DNA of 64,000 nt. Origin: Sphaeroforma arctica JP610 (taxonomy: Eukaryota). The stretch spans positions 58,864-122,863 of the forward strand of contig NW_014040504.1 of assembly GCF_001186125.1 (NCBI RefSeq), given 5' to 3'. The notes under the pieces were generated by a model. It was not told the origin of the DNA, did not search any database, and worked only from the letters and a program-made list of their open reading frames with translations. The position numbers and the translations under genes were made by a program. Positions 10,076-31,326 of this stretch are shown here, piece after piece (position 1 is the first letter of the stretch; every line of letters starts with the position of its first letter).

Positions 10076-13000
10076 TCGATAAAGAAATTAGGCGGTGTAA
10101 GAATAGGCATAGGTAGTACATTATATATAAGAAAATTACACACAACACGTGTTGAGATCAGCGCACCCTGTTTGGTTCAAAGTCGTAAGAGCAGCAGCGG
10201 CAGCAGTCTCGGTGGTTGAACCATTATTCTCCGTGTATGCAAAAGAGAGAGACGCATACCCATTACATCTGGTACATAATATTAAAGGGTCCGCACTGTC
10301 CGACTTCGACGAGGAAATAGTAGTCATCGGCCAACCAAGATAAGGCTAACGTTGTTTAGTGTTTACCAACTAAACTCGCGCCAATTTTACAAATCACAAG
10401 TCACATATTCAACAGTAAATTCAACTGGGATATAAAGATGTCCACGACTCTGACAACCGTCATGGTAACTGTACTGAGCATTGAAGTGATAGTAGAAAAA
10501 ACAGTCTTCCGTACATCAGTGATTCACACCTCGAAATCACGTATTGAAAAATTGCATTGCATTTCTGTAATACATCCATCGCAACAAAATACCTCTGACG
10601 GCGCTTCCATGTCCCTTGCCGCTTCGCTAAAAGGTTATATTGTAGGAGACTATATTGAAAATGTTTATCAGTATGATAGTAAAACTTTCAGACGGAGAGA
10701 CCTACTAGGAATGTACGTAATACTTGGAAATATATGGGTGCATGTGCCTAAGCTGTCCTTTAAGTTAGCTAAAGCCAGAGCTATGAATTTAGTGCCTGAT
10801 CCCTACTACTACCCTAGTATACGAAAGATAACTGTATCTAAACGTACTACCTTCTTACAAGAGGAACCGTCGTTCTTCTATTAACAACTCTATTAACAAT
10901 TAATGAACCAAATCTTGTGTAAGCTTTTCCGACCAATAAAGATGATTGGATAAACCAAGCTTACAGATTCTATAAAAAAAAACAAACTAAATAGACAATA
11001 TTATATCGATCAAATGAACCCTATTCAACGTATTTCGACCACAAATATTGCAGTCTCTTTTTCACCTGTTCATAATGCGAATCCGTGAGCACCGCGAGTC
11101 GTATCTGGCTTAATAATCCACGCGCACTTCTTTTGAAACCTGCTACTATATATCACACCGTAGGTTGTAGTTAAAGGTCGAATAACAGTATCTCCCCCTG
11201 TTCAGAGGGAGACGTTGTTCTTTTATTCATTAAACCTTAATTACAGAATCTAATCACTTATGAGGCATGTGCCGATCTAAAGCCCTGACCGGTACAAACT
11301 AAGTTTACAGATTATAATATTACAAAGTAAATAACCTAAACTAAAATATCACCAATAACCCTGTCCGGGAAAACACTAACAAGGTACAGAAAAATATTCA
11401 ATCTCCGAAGAGGGTTGCGCAACACTGGAAAAGAAGTTAAGAGCGTAACATACCAAAAGTCCTACTATATTTACAACTAATTGAGATCTTGTAGAATATT
11501 CAAGTCTTATATACCGATCGTATCTAGTGAGAGGGGTTTTTTTTAGCGAAAAATAGATGTTTTTGATTAGCGCGAGTAAAAGAAGAGAGGTCGAAATAGA
11601 ACAGTATCGAAGTTTTGATGTATTCCGCAGAAGTTTCCTCATATTGTCCATGTAAGTATAGTGTCGAAGTGTTGATGCATTCTGCATAAGTTTCCTCATA
11701 TTGTCCATGTAAGTTTTACTTCGGCCAGTTTAATTGGTTGGATACTGGCAGAAACACCGTTATAAAACTAAAGGTAAGGAAAAAAATTATGATGACTGCT
11801 ACGCTTCAATCAAAATTTACTACCCTGCACTTTAAGATGTCAAATTTCCAGACCCTATTTTAATCGGCTATTTGGACGCAATTCAGATTGATATTGGATG
11901 CCTGTGTACTGTGAGCCCATCATTATATCATGGCTGTATCAATTGGCGGACGATGAATGATACTGGCTGGCTGATACTGATCCTAAGATAAATTCTGCAC
12001 GTCAGGATGGCACACTGATTTGTTGTAAACGCGATCGGTATTTCGTAATAAACGTCTCGAGGGAAACATGCAAATGACAAATGTGTTTCATAAAATCCGG
12101 GTTGCCCTTATGTATTAGGAACTATTAGAAATACTGACTTATATACTGTAGCATCATATCGGCACATGGTCTGAAACAGCTGGTACGAATCGGGATTCTT
12201 GGAGCCGTGTTGAAAAATTTAGCTTATGACTATCTATACAACCGTCGCCCAATTTAAAAATTACACATAGATTGGTGAAAATAAATCGGTATTTGTTTCA
12301 AGTAAAGCTGGCTATCTATACGTGAAAATAGGAATAAATTTGCCTAACGTTTCTCAGGGCAAACTTTAAATTCGGTTCAATTAGACTTGTATACAGACTA
12401 GATTCAAAATAGCGTCGCGCTGAGAACCCCCCACTAAAAGTCGTGGCCGATTATCAGCGTACATGGACGTTATTAAAGAAAACGTCCAGCTTATGACTGA
12501 TGTCAGCCAGGGGAGGAGAAGCATAGGTCCGAGCATCTCTTCCAAATCTTTGAACAGTCACATGGGTAAAGAACATGTCTTAGGATTAACTTAAAGTCGA
12601 ATAATAATACTCTTCTATGTAAATGACAGGATTCGACGTCAGCTTTGAAAGTGTTTAAATCTCACCACGTCACGAGTGAAATGTACAAGGTATGGCCACG
12701 ATTGATTGAACAAATTGCCTGGACCATAGCTATCAAAATTCTCCATATTGCTAAATCTACCAATGCCTTCATATTACGTCGTCACTTCACATGCATGTGT
12801 CATAATGGCCAGCGCTCATCAAAGTTCCGAGCGCTCCAGATTCACCTTACTTTTCAAACAAAGTATATATATGTATGCAATTCAAATACAGAAGGCAACA
12901 TCATATACCTATGGTTATCCAAAACATAAAAACTATTTGAAACAGGGGCACGATAAAACGTTCCGACCATACAGCACGATACGGTGCGCTGAGGAACAAA

Positions 13001-16000
13001 TAAACAATGTTGATCGCACAGCATTGGAGCCGATCTTGTAGTATACACTTTTTTTGGGGGTTTCCAGAAGGTTTATCACAGAACAAACATTTTTCGAATA
13101 GTTGTTGCGCAATGATCATGTTCTGATGCATTTTCTTCTTCTGCAGAGAATAGAGCGAATGAATGGTTGCGATAGACAAGATGCACCTTCGTGAATCGGA
13201 TTTCAATACTGGAGAATAGTGGGCAAGGTCAGTGAGAGAAGAGTTCGCTTATGAAACGACTATGAGTTAAAATCGTTGCTCACATCTAGATACAATTTTG
13301 GCCAATCGAAGAAATTCATTCATTCTGAAATTGAGGTAAAAGCAATTATTTGTGACATCATCAAATGAGGTTACACGTTTTCCAATAATAAGATCGTGAG
13401 AATTTTTTTCTCCGTGACAGCCCATTTTGGTAGTTCACCTGAATATAGCAACGCAAGATTGATTATTGCATCAATCGGTTCACTATGGACTAATTGTCAA
13501 TAAATTAATCAAAATAGCCGAGACATCACCGCTCCTATTTTCGATCAACTTACTGTAATATAGAATGCTACATTGAAATATTTAAGATCATAAAGAAACG
13601 CTGTGTATCGGTTACCCTCGAGGAGTTTTGGCTCTTAAAGTAAGGGACATCGAGATTGTGATTTGCATCGAATGCTGTCAAATGAGGATGCATATGCGAT
13701 AGGTGACAGCTCGGTGGACCCACAGGCTACACTACAATGTCTGCAATCTTGCAGCGCAACCATTCGATAACATCCTGATATGAATTGTTGACCTTTCTTC
13801 CATGAGATGACGGTAGGTTTGAAGAAACAAACCATAAAGGTATACTTACACGACATATTTGTGTCTATATTTAATTTCGAACCTAACTGGATCAGGGTTG
13901 GAATATACGACCGCGTATGTCGACTATGGTTGCGTCAAACTCTTGGTTGAAATCTCATCATTTGCGCGCAAGCTCCGTAGTGGTGCGCTACTTTTGCCAC
14001 ATAGGGAGAGAAGATTACTAGAAAGTTAACACTTAAATATAGGTACCAATCGATTTGCGTCTGGTGGTATGTAGACAACACGAGCTACTCAACGTATAGA
14101 TAGATCGGCGACTTACAAAGGCAAACCAGGAGCACTATTCTTTTTGTTCTGGCCTTGCATAGGAATTCGCACAATCTTGTGCAAGTTTCGAAATATTGCC
14201 GAATGAATGCGCTTCTCTGTTGCGAATGCATTTCACCACGTTTTTAATCTCAGCAAATATGTGCGAACTATTTTTTATCATTTAAGGATGGTAGTGTTTC
14301 AGAGCTCGTCGCGGTTACGTTAGAGCAACTACAATTAGAAATCTTTTGCAGTAACCAAGGCTTTACTCTGCCTAGCTTAAATCTGAAATACAAACTTCTG
14401 GTTTAGATATCTAAGCAAGAAAAGCAGCATTCTAATTAGTGAACGGTAGCATCTCCCACAGGCCAAGAGTGCAGCAGGACACACAAGTGTGTCACCTTTA
14501 AGACCATTCACCTTGCACAAACAAACTGCCCTACATACTATCCAGTGATGGATATTTGCTGTACTGTTTGATTTGACGTATCAGTGTCATACAATTACCC
14601 ATATACCTGCTAAAAAGGGCCATGTAGTAAGAATGGAAAGATGTTGACTATTTCAGTATTCTCGTTATATTTACATATATGAGGAATAGAGGATGTTGGC
14701 TATTTCAGTATTCTCGTTGTATTCAAAGAATGCTTTGCAATTCATACACGTTCCCACTTTCACCTCTAATAGTTCTGTACAAGTCATTTTTATTATTATT
14801 TACTATATTAGAAGAGACATAATGTCACTGAAGAAGCCCTATTCGTGCTTGTGAAGCCATCACCGAGGATTTACAAGGGAAATCTCACCTAACTAGCACC
14901 AATTTATGCAGAGTGTAGATGGTAACCGTCTCAACGAACGTCTACTAGAACCTGAATGATTGTGAATAGGCTCTAAACTTTCCCCACAGATAAGCACGGC
15001 TTGTAGTGTCTCTGTTGCTCACTGGCTTGCTTGTGTACTATTGTTACATATGCTGCATATTGTCTGCCCCATTTGATCTCAGGGGGTATCATTGCATGTG
15101 CTTTACATTTTCACTCCTCCTCGTGTTTCGCATTATTTTGTAGAAATCTTTGTGCATGTCTACTTATGCCAAGAGACCAGCAACCGCGCCATCCTGAGCC
15201 ACTTGTAACGATGCGATGTCACCGTACTGTTCCTGTGGTGTGAAACGGATACCAAAAGAAAGTAAACATCACACAGCTATGGGCAGGGGCTGAAAACGAT
15301 CGCCTCACGACTACCCGTAGAATTAAATCAGACTAGTGTTCCCTACTCATCAACGGTGGAGCAAAATAGATACACCACTTGAAGGCTGCGGCTGGGTTCA
15401 GCCGGAGCACGATCCCGACTAAAGCAAAGGCACGATGAGCCATTCTTACACAAGAAAAATGAACGGCACGAGACCACCGACGCGGCGCAAGTTGTGCTTG
15501 AATGCCGAAAAAAATAAGAAACGAATTGACTACAAAGCGAGAACACAACATGCAGTTGTGCTGAGGAACTTGTCAAAGTTCCGATACACAACAACTGCGC
15601 AAGAGCCCAGAACCGAGAGATGTCATACTGTTGTACTTGGGTTCGTGACAGCTGACGCTCAACTCAATCAGCCAAGGATGAGGAATTCCGGAAATCCACA
15701 AAACAGCATCATGTGTATATACCAGGTGGGCAGAACATCGGTAGACAATATCGCAGACTTTACATACAATATAGCACAGGACACCACTCGCAAAGAAAGA
15801 GCCTATGCATTGGAACTCACATGTACTGTTACTAGGGTTTCGGGAAATGCGCACTAGCCCCGACTCGGAAGCTATGCTTCCTTCATAAGCGCATAGAGAG
15901 TCCTAGAATTAAACTAAGAAGTAATCAAACTAAGAATGTTGAGACTTAGCTCAAGTGCGCCGCGTACGTTAACACTCTATACAACCCTAAGCCCTAAATA

Positions 16001-16829
16001 CTGTCATACGTACGTGCAAGTGCACAAACATACCACACATCGCCGCGTCATAGTCCCCACGCAGCGACGACTGCAAACACGCGTCAAAGTCCAGCAGACA
16101 GGCTTGGACTTGATGGCCACAGCATAGTTGCTCACATACTGCTGAGTGCACTCTGAGAAGGTAGTGTACATAAGACTTAAACAACATGTGGGGACGAGTG
16201 GGCCACTATATGGTGTCTACCCGCAACTACAGACTAGTAGAAAGATTGATCCGTAGGTGGCGATTTTGTTTGTTTTTTGTATTGCAAAACGTCAGTGCGA
16301 AGGCATTGAGAAAACACGGAAGCCCATGCTACTTACTGAACGAAATACTGACCAAGAATAAACCTTTCCATTTCAATAATCTTACCTGGACATTCTTTCG
16401 CGCTCTCCACCATCTTAAATACACTCGGAAGGAATCCAACAGCCTGCAGACAGGCACAGTGCAATGTATGAGTGAAATGCTCATCACCGAATTTTCAAGC
16501 TCTACAGATAATCAACAAAGTATTGCGATTCGATAGGTATTCCGGTCAACTACGCTTAAAAAAGTACACCACACGCACACGTAGTACATATGAACAAACC
16601 CTAACCCTACAACAGATACTCTGTTGGACATCCGATTAGCGCTTTAAGTGGAGCTGTATGCGAGCAATAGAACGACATTTGCGCATGTATCTGGATTTTC
16701 GCACAGACAGCACTTAGACACTCACATAGCTGTTATATACTACCCGTAGAGAACTATTGAAGCGCTCTCCCAATGATTACTCTGTGGTCATCGAGACCGC
16801 CAAGGCTCGATTTGACCCGATATAACCGA

Positions 16830-23127
<6,298 letters not shown>

Positions 23128-25918
23128 CTGTGATAAGGATGCCAGCAAGGTTAGGTTACAGGTTTTTTTTGGGCTACTATGAGAACCAAGATTCGTGAGG
23201 TATGAGCCAGAACTCAGCCTGTTATGGTACTGATATAAACCAAGACTGGAAGCATAAAAGGTCTAGTATAGTGCGGGAGCAACGAACACTCTAAGAATTG
23301 GGAGCTGTCAACCATGTACCACAGGCGCCGAAGTTAACTGGGTCGTATGCAGATTGGCAGTGAAGGAATGCAAACGAAAGAAATGGGCACAACTGTGTAT
23401 GTGAACACAGATACTACTCAGACTATGGCGACGGGGGTCCGATATGGAAACCATCCTTAATTTTACAATGGAAGTTAGACGACGGCAAGCAACCGCATAG
23501 TTCAGATTCAGAATTGCAGTAGATATTAAAAGTATGACTATGTGCCAAACGGATGGTGGCAAATCGAGTCGACGTCACTGAAGCAATCGGGCATAGACCG
23601 AGCGGATTGAATGCCGGTATGAACGCAGGAGCTCGAAAAGTACTGCATTTCCTGTAGAGTCATGCCTGTGGCTCTAACACCTCTTTATGTACTTCTGTAT
23701 TGCAGCTGCTAGTGTCGACAATCACAGAAGTAGAAAATAAAGCTTGGCTTGCTAAAGTAAGGTAACCCACAAATAGCACATTACACACCTTGCCGTATGC
23801 TCCCGTTTCATCTGAGGTTGTATGAAGCACGAACAGCAACGTGAATAAACCCCAAAACCGCATGGAAAGCTACACTATCATCTTGCATCGTGCTCGTAGT
23901 GAGGAACGCCCTCGATATGACTGTACTAAATAACTCGCACAGTTCTATACTATAGCACATGCTATTACGCATGTTATTTTCTTTGAGCGACACACAGAAA
24001 CGGAATTTCGAACACATGAATTTGCATTTAGATGACAGCACTTGTTGTGATACGATTTATCCACATTGCATATAAACACATTAGTCGGGACTAGAATGAG
24101 AGCCATTAGATTATCCAGGTCACGATTGATTCAGAATCTGGCATATCATAACTGTGCATACAAACATTGCGTGACGAAGTCTGCGGGCTGATAGAATCTC
24201 AAGCACGAACATAACAGAACACGATGTACGGGTGTGTATACGCCGTATAGATAACATATGTAGCAATCTTTGTGCTTATCGCAATCGACATACCCAGGTG
24301 TGCCGTGGCCCTGGTCCATTTTTCGAACTTCTACGTTCTTAGACTTCACCCGTAAACCCGCTTTCCTTATGTAACAGTGGAGCGCACACTGATGCTAAAT
24401 CAAAGAACGAAAGGCCTCTGATGGTGATGAGAACCTAATCTAACAAATGCAGTGATATAAGTATAGCTAACTGCACACATACAAGGATTCTACGTAAACT
24501 TGTGCTGTGCCATGACATAGTTGCCCAGCTTATGCAAAGTGATCCGTGCGACGGGCATTTCCGGCTGATGTAGTTGTACAGCTGATTCATATTTCCGATA
24601 TATCGTAACAGCCTGAACACACCTAAAGCATTTTGACGACAAAGCTGCATTTCCCAGGTCTCAATAAGTTAAAAAATTATGTTCATTTCTGAGGAGGCTG
24701 TAACCGAGCCGATGGCGAATAGATTTTGAGCATAAATGAAGAAATGAGAGAGAAGGTAGCACTGGCCGCCCAGACATGCAGAATTCTACTTTACACCTGC
24801 TTGTGTTCTGACAAAGCTGACGTAATTGTGAATTTTTTCTTCTTCTTTTTCTCCTGACAGTAATCTGAGATGTCTGACAATTTCTCTTTGTTGGTGGTTC
24901 TGCCAAGTATTGTATGTATTAATAGTTTTCAGTGTATACTGTATAGATCTCCAGCACAGTACGATTTTCCAATCTCTCATTTTACAGGGGAGGCGAAGTT
25001 GTATAAATTTTGTGTAAAAAAATGCACCCCAGTTTATTGAAAACGCATTTTGATTTGGATTCGCCAAATCAACATTCCATACGAGCTATAATTTGCTCCG
25101 TATTTTTTTTTTACAATCTTTGGGGCAAGATTTGATTGTAGATACAATGTTGAACTTTGGACCAATGAGTGCTCTGTATTCAAGTCTCAAATATAAATAT
25201 TAAACGAGTTATTATTGGTAAGTTAAGATTATATATAGTAATATTATTCGTGTACAGATAAACCGCCAAATAAGGCATATTTAATTGGCTTTAAAGTATT
25301 CAAATTTAAACTTGATTGTCGGCACATACAGATATTCAAAGTACCGCATATCATTTTTGCAAATGATATCAACCATATCACTCCCTTCATCACGAAACAC
25401 GAGAATAAAATGTGGTACATAGAACATGGCGTATAACTTGTACAAAACATTGAAATGTCCAATGTAACAACGTTCTTCTGTAAAACTAAGCCGTCGGGTC
25501 AAGCGAACCGTGTACATAAAAAAAGAGACGATCCTGATAACTGGCTGATAACGATCAGATACTCATAGGCTGGCACTTTAAAAAACAGCTTTTACAAAGC
25601 GCTGTACTATGAGGAAGAATTCATAAAGTGATAAACAAAAACGCCGGTGCCATGTTATCAACTGTCGTATAAATACCAGACGCGCAGCACGATCAATATC
25701 ACTCACGTTCGTTTTAGAATATAGAGTTCTCTAGCGAATACACTATACAAGTAGTCTAATAGCAATCGACACCACAGCTTACCCACGAACAAGGTTGGCA
25801 AAATTCATATAAAACGTACTTGGTTTGATTACTAAACGCTACATTTCACAGCAGAACACAGAAAACACTTAGATCTCACATCAAGAAATCCGAGTTTTGA
25901 ATAAACGCTCAGTAAGAC

Positions 25919-27697
25919 ATGCACAGGAGTCAGCGCAGCAACAACCTCAACAATACAACGGATGCTATCAACAACGATGCTCACGACATCGCGACGGCAT
26001 TCTCAGGCAGCAACCTAAATGTAAATGATGGAATCGATGGTATCACGGGCAGAAGCACGCGCACGCGCACTCGCAGTAGATCGTCCGATCGCACTGAACG
26101 CCCCACACTCAAACGCCGAGTAACACAACTCCTGGCTAATATACGCGATGGCAGTGGTAGTAGTACAGGCAGCAGCAGCAGCAGGCATGTTGGGGACGGT
26201 CGCTCTGGCTCAGCCCGGTACGCGAGTAGCAGTAGCAACTCACACAACCGATTGACAGCCAGTTCGAGATGGTTGAATCCTAAAAATAGATCGCTCACAT
26301 CCATACTGGACTCCCTGGCGGCCTGGAAGGAGATGGAACCAAACGAGGTGCTGGAGTGTCTGTGCAGATTCCAAGTGCAAATTGAGAGTGAAGAAGAATT
26401 GGCTACCATGTCCAAGTCGGAGCGGCAGAGTACGGCCCTGTCCCGTGCGGTGCGTCCCATCAGTGAGATACTACGCGTCGCACTGGAAGACAGAGCCATG
26501 CTCCTCATTAACCAGTCGCTTGTGTGTATGCGCCAGGTAACAAAAGGAGATGCTGTTGCGATAGAGATGGCGACTAATTTACATGTACCCCAGCTTATAA
26601 AGGATGTGATGGTGCAGAATCCACGCGATGCGGTCATTCAACGCAACTGCTACATGGTGTACAGATCTCTTACCTTCCACCGAGCTGACAACCAGCAATA
26701 CATCGTACAGCAACTAGACGTTGTGCCTCTCGTCTGCAAGGCGATGAGGAACATGCCAAACAATCCCTCGTTACAAGCGGCCGGGTTTATGTTGATTCAG
26801 AACGTCACATGGCTGGTAGACGCGAATAGATGTGTAGTAGATTCAGATGGCGGAATCCAGCTGATTCTAGACGCCATGAAGCGATTCCCCTTCGATACCG
26901 AACTCCAGAAATGGGGGTGTGGAGCGATCCAAAACCTTGCTTGTAGTATAGATTGCACGGCAAAGATTGTGAAGATGAAAGCCTTGGATGTTGTGCTCGC
27001 AGCAATGCGACACTTTCCCTCAAATGTGGTCATGCAGAACTACGGTCTAGGTGTGATGCGAAACTTGTCTTTCCTGAAGACCAACCGCGTCGCTGTGGCG
27101 ATGGGGGGGGACACTATAGCTCTGGCTCTAGCGGCAATGAGCAAGCATTTTGACTCCATTGAGGTACAATCGAGTGCATGTTCATTCCTCTTTAATGTTA
27201 TCATAGATGTAGAAGAAAACCGAGAGATTCTACTGAAAACAAAGGATTTTCTACCTATGCTGTTCACATTCAAACGCCGACACGACCAGGATCTGCGGTT
27301 CTACGAGAAGTCTAATGCTCTGCTGGAACAACTAGCAAGGGGTACCGAGGGCTCCTGTTACATTGATCTTGGGGAATGTAAGACTGCATTCAGTCTGAAG
27401 GAGTTGGCTGCACGGACTGTCGCGTATCATCTGAAGAAACCTGTATCACTTGGGTGTGAAGACACCAGCATGCTCTTTCCGGATCTGAAGAACTGTTTAA
27501 AAGACGCACGGGACTGCGATTGGTGCGAGAAGAAGTTCATACAGTACACAGATATTGCATACAAATCCAAACCAGATAGATGGGCTTTAAGGCGTGTATG
27601 TAGTAGAAACTGTCTGCAGAATGTTATCGATGACACTGTCAGTAGGAACAAGTCTGTGCTCGCGGTCGAGGTCGAATCAGCTGCTCTGGTAGCGTAA
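25919..27697 (+). CDS. Intronless armadillo/HEAT-like repeat protein (592 aa) with C-terminal BC-box-like and Cys-rich motif
   Basis: Long clean ORF with ~42-aa ARM-like repeats (e.g. GGIQLILDAMKRFPFDTELQKWGCGAIQNLA), a Ser/Arg-rich low-complexity N-terminus, and a C-terminal FSLKELAARTV...CDWC...CSRNC. Confidence 0.9.
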   Translation: MHRSQRSNNLNNTTDAINNDAHDIATAFSGSNLNVNDGIDGITGRSTRTRTRSRSSDRTERPTLKRRVTQLLANIRDGSGSSTGSSSSRHVGDGRSGSARYASSSSNSHNRLTASSRWLNPKNRSLTSILDSLAAWKEMEPNEVLECLCRFQVQIESEEELATMSKSERQSTALSRAVRPISEILRVALEDRAMLLINQSLVCMRQVTKGDAVAIEMATNLHVPQLIKDVMVQNPRDAVIQRNCYMVYRSLTFHRADNQQYIVQQLDVVPLVCKAMRNMPNNPSLQAAGFMLIQNVTWLVDANRCVVDSDGGIQLILDAMKRFPFDTELQKWGCGAIQNLACSIDCTAKIVKMKALDVVLAAMRHFPSNVVMQNYGLGVMRNLSFLKTNRVAVAMGGDTIALALAAMSKHFDSIEVQSSACSFLFNVIIDVEENREILLKTKDFLPMLFTFKRRHDQDLRFYEKSNALLEQLARGTEGSCYIDLGECKTAFSLKELAARTVAYHLKKPVSLGCEDTSMLFPDLKNCLKDARDCDWCEKKFIQYTDIAYKSKPDRWALRRVCSRNCLQNVIDDTVSRNKSVLAVEVESAALVA

Positions 27698-29429
27698 AGC
27701 GTCCCGACTAGTTAGTATATGGTTCGAGGCTCACCATAGTATAGCTGATAAACCCTGATGTATAGTATATATCGATACATACGGAGGCGCCAACACAACA
27801 TGCGAAGGCGGCGACGCAGCACAGGGGCATATAGAAGCATACAAAAGAAACAGTCAAAATAGTAAAAGTCAAAGTCAAAGAGAAAGTAAAGTCAAGACAA
27901 GTACAGAGAAAGAGAAAGCCAAGATAGGTACCGGGAAAGAGAAAGAGAAAACCAAGAGAGGTACTGAGAAAGAGAAAGAGAAAGTAAAGACAAAGAGAAG
28001 ATACATGTAAATAGAATAAATTCGAACAAGTTCAAACAAATATGAATTGTAACATTATTAGCCTACGAGGTACATAAAAAGTATGATAAACAAGTTCAAA
28101 CAACGTTGATTACAAGATTTGACAGAAACAACGATTGAAACACACTGCATACTGTGAATCAAACTCAAAAATTTAGACTACACCAACCGCGAAATAGTAA
28201 ATACGCAAAACAAAGTACTCGCACGATTCGATGTTAATATAGATGTACGAGCTCGACATCAAGCCACTCTATGCTCTATCAACCTTTAATGGTCTTGAAT
28301 TCAACCACAGAGTGCGCAAGTACTCTATAATTTCACCGATATAGTGTGATCATACGCAGGAACAACGTCGGTTTGCGCAAGTACTTTATCAACTATTGTT
28401 CTGATACCCAATAATCACATAGTACTGATAATTTATTACCATACTGCTCTAATACCTAATAATTGCTGCCGCACAGCGCGAGTCGCTCCGCAGTTTCAAT
28501 CACGGTTACGAGACTCTTACTGCAGATACACCTCGAAGCAGCACTAGCTTGCAGATATGGTAGCCATAAGTGACTTTATACGAGCTGCTTGCAGCACTAC
28601 CGCAAAATACCTTGGCTATACAAAGAGAGCACCTGACCAACTATAAATAGAGGCCCAAGTGTCGACTGTTGAGTCATCAAGTGTCGACACTCTGACTCAC
28701 TGACTGCCGACTGGTCTCGAAGACTCGTTAGTCCGTCACCCGAGGCCCGAGGGCCGACTCCGAGGGGTGGGGGAGAGTGTTCCTTTTTAATTTTATACAA
28801 AAAATACAAAAAAAAAGCAGCAACAGGAGGGGGGGGGGGTCACGGGACTCGGGGTCGGGGGCGAACGGAAACGACTGTTTATTTTGTTTTTGTTTTTACA
28901 AAAAAAAAGATAATTTACTACCCTGCTGCTATTTATAAATATGCAGTGAATAGGCTCTCTCGAACGGAAACGCTTTTAAAAATACATTTTCAAATATTTT
29001 TTTTTCTTTTTCAAACGGGAAACGGCGTAAATATGTATCAAGTTTTGTTTTATTTGAGAAGGCTATGTCAAGTTACGTATATATATATTGAATATAATAT
29101 GTATCCAAGAAAATTTGAACCTCATCACAAGATACGTTCAAGTACTGGAAATTTGTTCTATTTTCAGGAGGCTATGGGAAATTTAAATTTCAGAATATGT
29201 TTAAATTCTGGAAATTTGGAGCTACCCTTGGACACGAAAATATGTTCGTGATTCACGAAACAAATGTGTTCCAACTCAGGAATCTGGAACTTCAATATTC
29301 AAATCTGAAACTTAGATATCCAAAAATAAATGCAAAATATATTAAATTTGGAACTATGTACTCGAAATATAATAAATTGAGGAGGCTGCAAAAAAATTAC
29401 CAGTTATACGCTTGTCCTACAGGTTCGAT

Positions 29430-29464
29430 CCGATTCCGATTCCGATTCCGATTCCGATTCGATT
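29430..29464. repeat. (CCGATT)n hexamer repeat upstream of NAP1
   Basis: About 5-6 tandem copies roughly 240 bp before the ATG. Confidence 0.85.
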
Positions 29465-29702
29465 GATGAATCAATAGAATTATTGCACATGGTCTATTCC
29501 CCACTTGTGCGTGTATTTCACAGTATTGACATGACGAATATTATGGTCACGAAAAGAAGTACTACAGTTTTGGTAGTAGAATATTAATGTACAGCACAGA
29601 TCAACGCCTCTGGCATATTTTTCCTCGCGCTACATACGGCATTTATTCTTCAAATACTATTGAACGTATACATATCGTGAATAGAACGACGATCGCTCAA
29701 AC

Positions 29703-30928
29703 ATGTCTGGAGGTAAAGGATTCGATCAGGAAACTATTCAGGCCATGATGCAAAATCCTGAGCTGATGGCACAGCTACAGCGTCGCATGGAAGGTCTTAC
29801 TGGTAAGGGTTCAGGGTATGTTGAATCACTTCCCAAGCCTATCCAAAACCGTGTAAAAGCACTCAAGAACATCAACCGCGAGCACCAGGCCCTACAGCGC
29901 CAGTTTAACCAGGAGTTGCTAGCGTTGGAGCGTAAGTTCTTGACACTGAACGAACCACTGTACACACGCCGATCGAAGATCGTGACCGGTGATTACGAGC
30001 CTACTGAGGAGGAGTGCAACTACGTCGACAGCGATGAGGAGAGCGATGAAGAAGACGAGGACAAGGTTGTTGACCTGGATAGTGAAGGTGACAAAGAAGC
30101 ACAGGATGCTTTAGACGAGATCGATGTCAAGGGCATCCCTGCGTTCTGGTTGACCGCAATGCAGTGTAACCCGGATATCGACAATATGATTGAAGAACAA
30201 GATCGGGAATGTCTGGAGTCGTTGGTGGATGTTACGTACGAGTACTTAGCCGAGGGTGAATTTGGTTTTAAACTAGTGTTCAAATTCGAACCCAACGAGT
30301 ACTTTACCAACACGGAACTTATCAAGACATATCACCTCAGCGATGACGGCACCAGCACAGAGTTGATGTTCGAGCGCGCAGAGGGCACCGTCATTGACTG
30401 GAAATCGGCCGAGAAGAACTTGTGTGTAACCACCAAGAGCAAGAAGCAAAGACACAAAGCCAGCGGACAGATCCGTATGAAAACGAGTACCGAACCTCGC
30501 GAGAGTTTCTTCAACTTCTTCTCACCCCCCGAGATGCCATCGGAAGAGGATATTGATGCAGATCAGGAGGCAGCGGAGGAAATCAGTGAGCGGTTAGAGG
30601 CTGACTATGAGTTGGGCGAGACTATTAAAGACGAGATCATCCCAAGGGCCGTGTTCTGGTTCACTGGCGAGGCATTGGTAAGTGGTCAATAACAATAGCA
30701 ATAGCAATAATCATAGATCATATATGCAAATATGTTCGCACGCACGCACACACACACACACACACTCACACACACATATATATATATAGGTATATATATG
30801 TACATAAACACATGTATAAATACACACACACACGCACACACACACATATATATATATACATATGTATATGACTATATATATATATATGAATACTCTCACA
30901 CAAATTATATAAATATATATATAACATG

Positions 30929-30990
<62 letters not shown>

Positions 30991-31051
30991 TACATTATAT
31001 TATATATTTTTATTATATATACAATCATATATATGTGTACATATTTATATA

Positions 31052-31082
<31 letters not shown>

Positions 31083-31292
31083 GTTTACGCATATCTATAC
31101 ATATATCATATCTAAATCATATATATATATATATATATACATACATACATACATGTTTATGTATTTGTGTACGTAGATGCATGTATATATATATACGAAT
31201 ATGAACATGTAATATGCATTATATATATATATATTTATATTTTTATATGTATACGCATATCTATACATATATCATATCTAAATCATACGTGT

Positions 31293-31326
<34 letters not shown>

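Noticed and set aside
11700..16500. Scattered short ORFs (also 23.6-25.5 kb and 52.7-54.3 kb) as genes or transposase fragments
   Set aside because: No recognisable motifs or consistent splice structure. Probably old TE debris or intergenic DNA, but not assignable by eye.
25981..27651. Minus-strand ORFs overlapping the ARM gene (similar ones overlap NAP1)
   Set aside because: Antisense shadows of real coding sequence.
28595..29400. CACTACCGCAAAA as a CACTA transposon terminus with GC-rich and degenerate repeat interior
   Set aside because: No matching opposite terminus or transposase found. Possibly a TE relic but unsupported.
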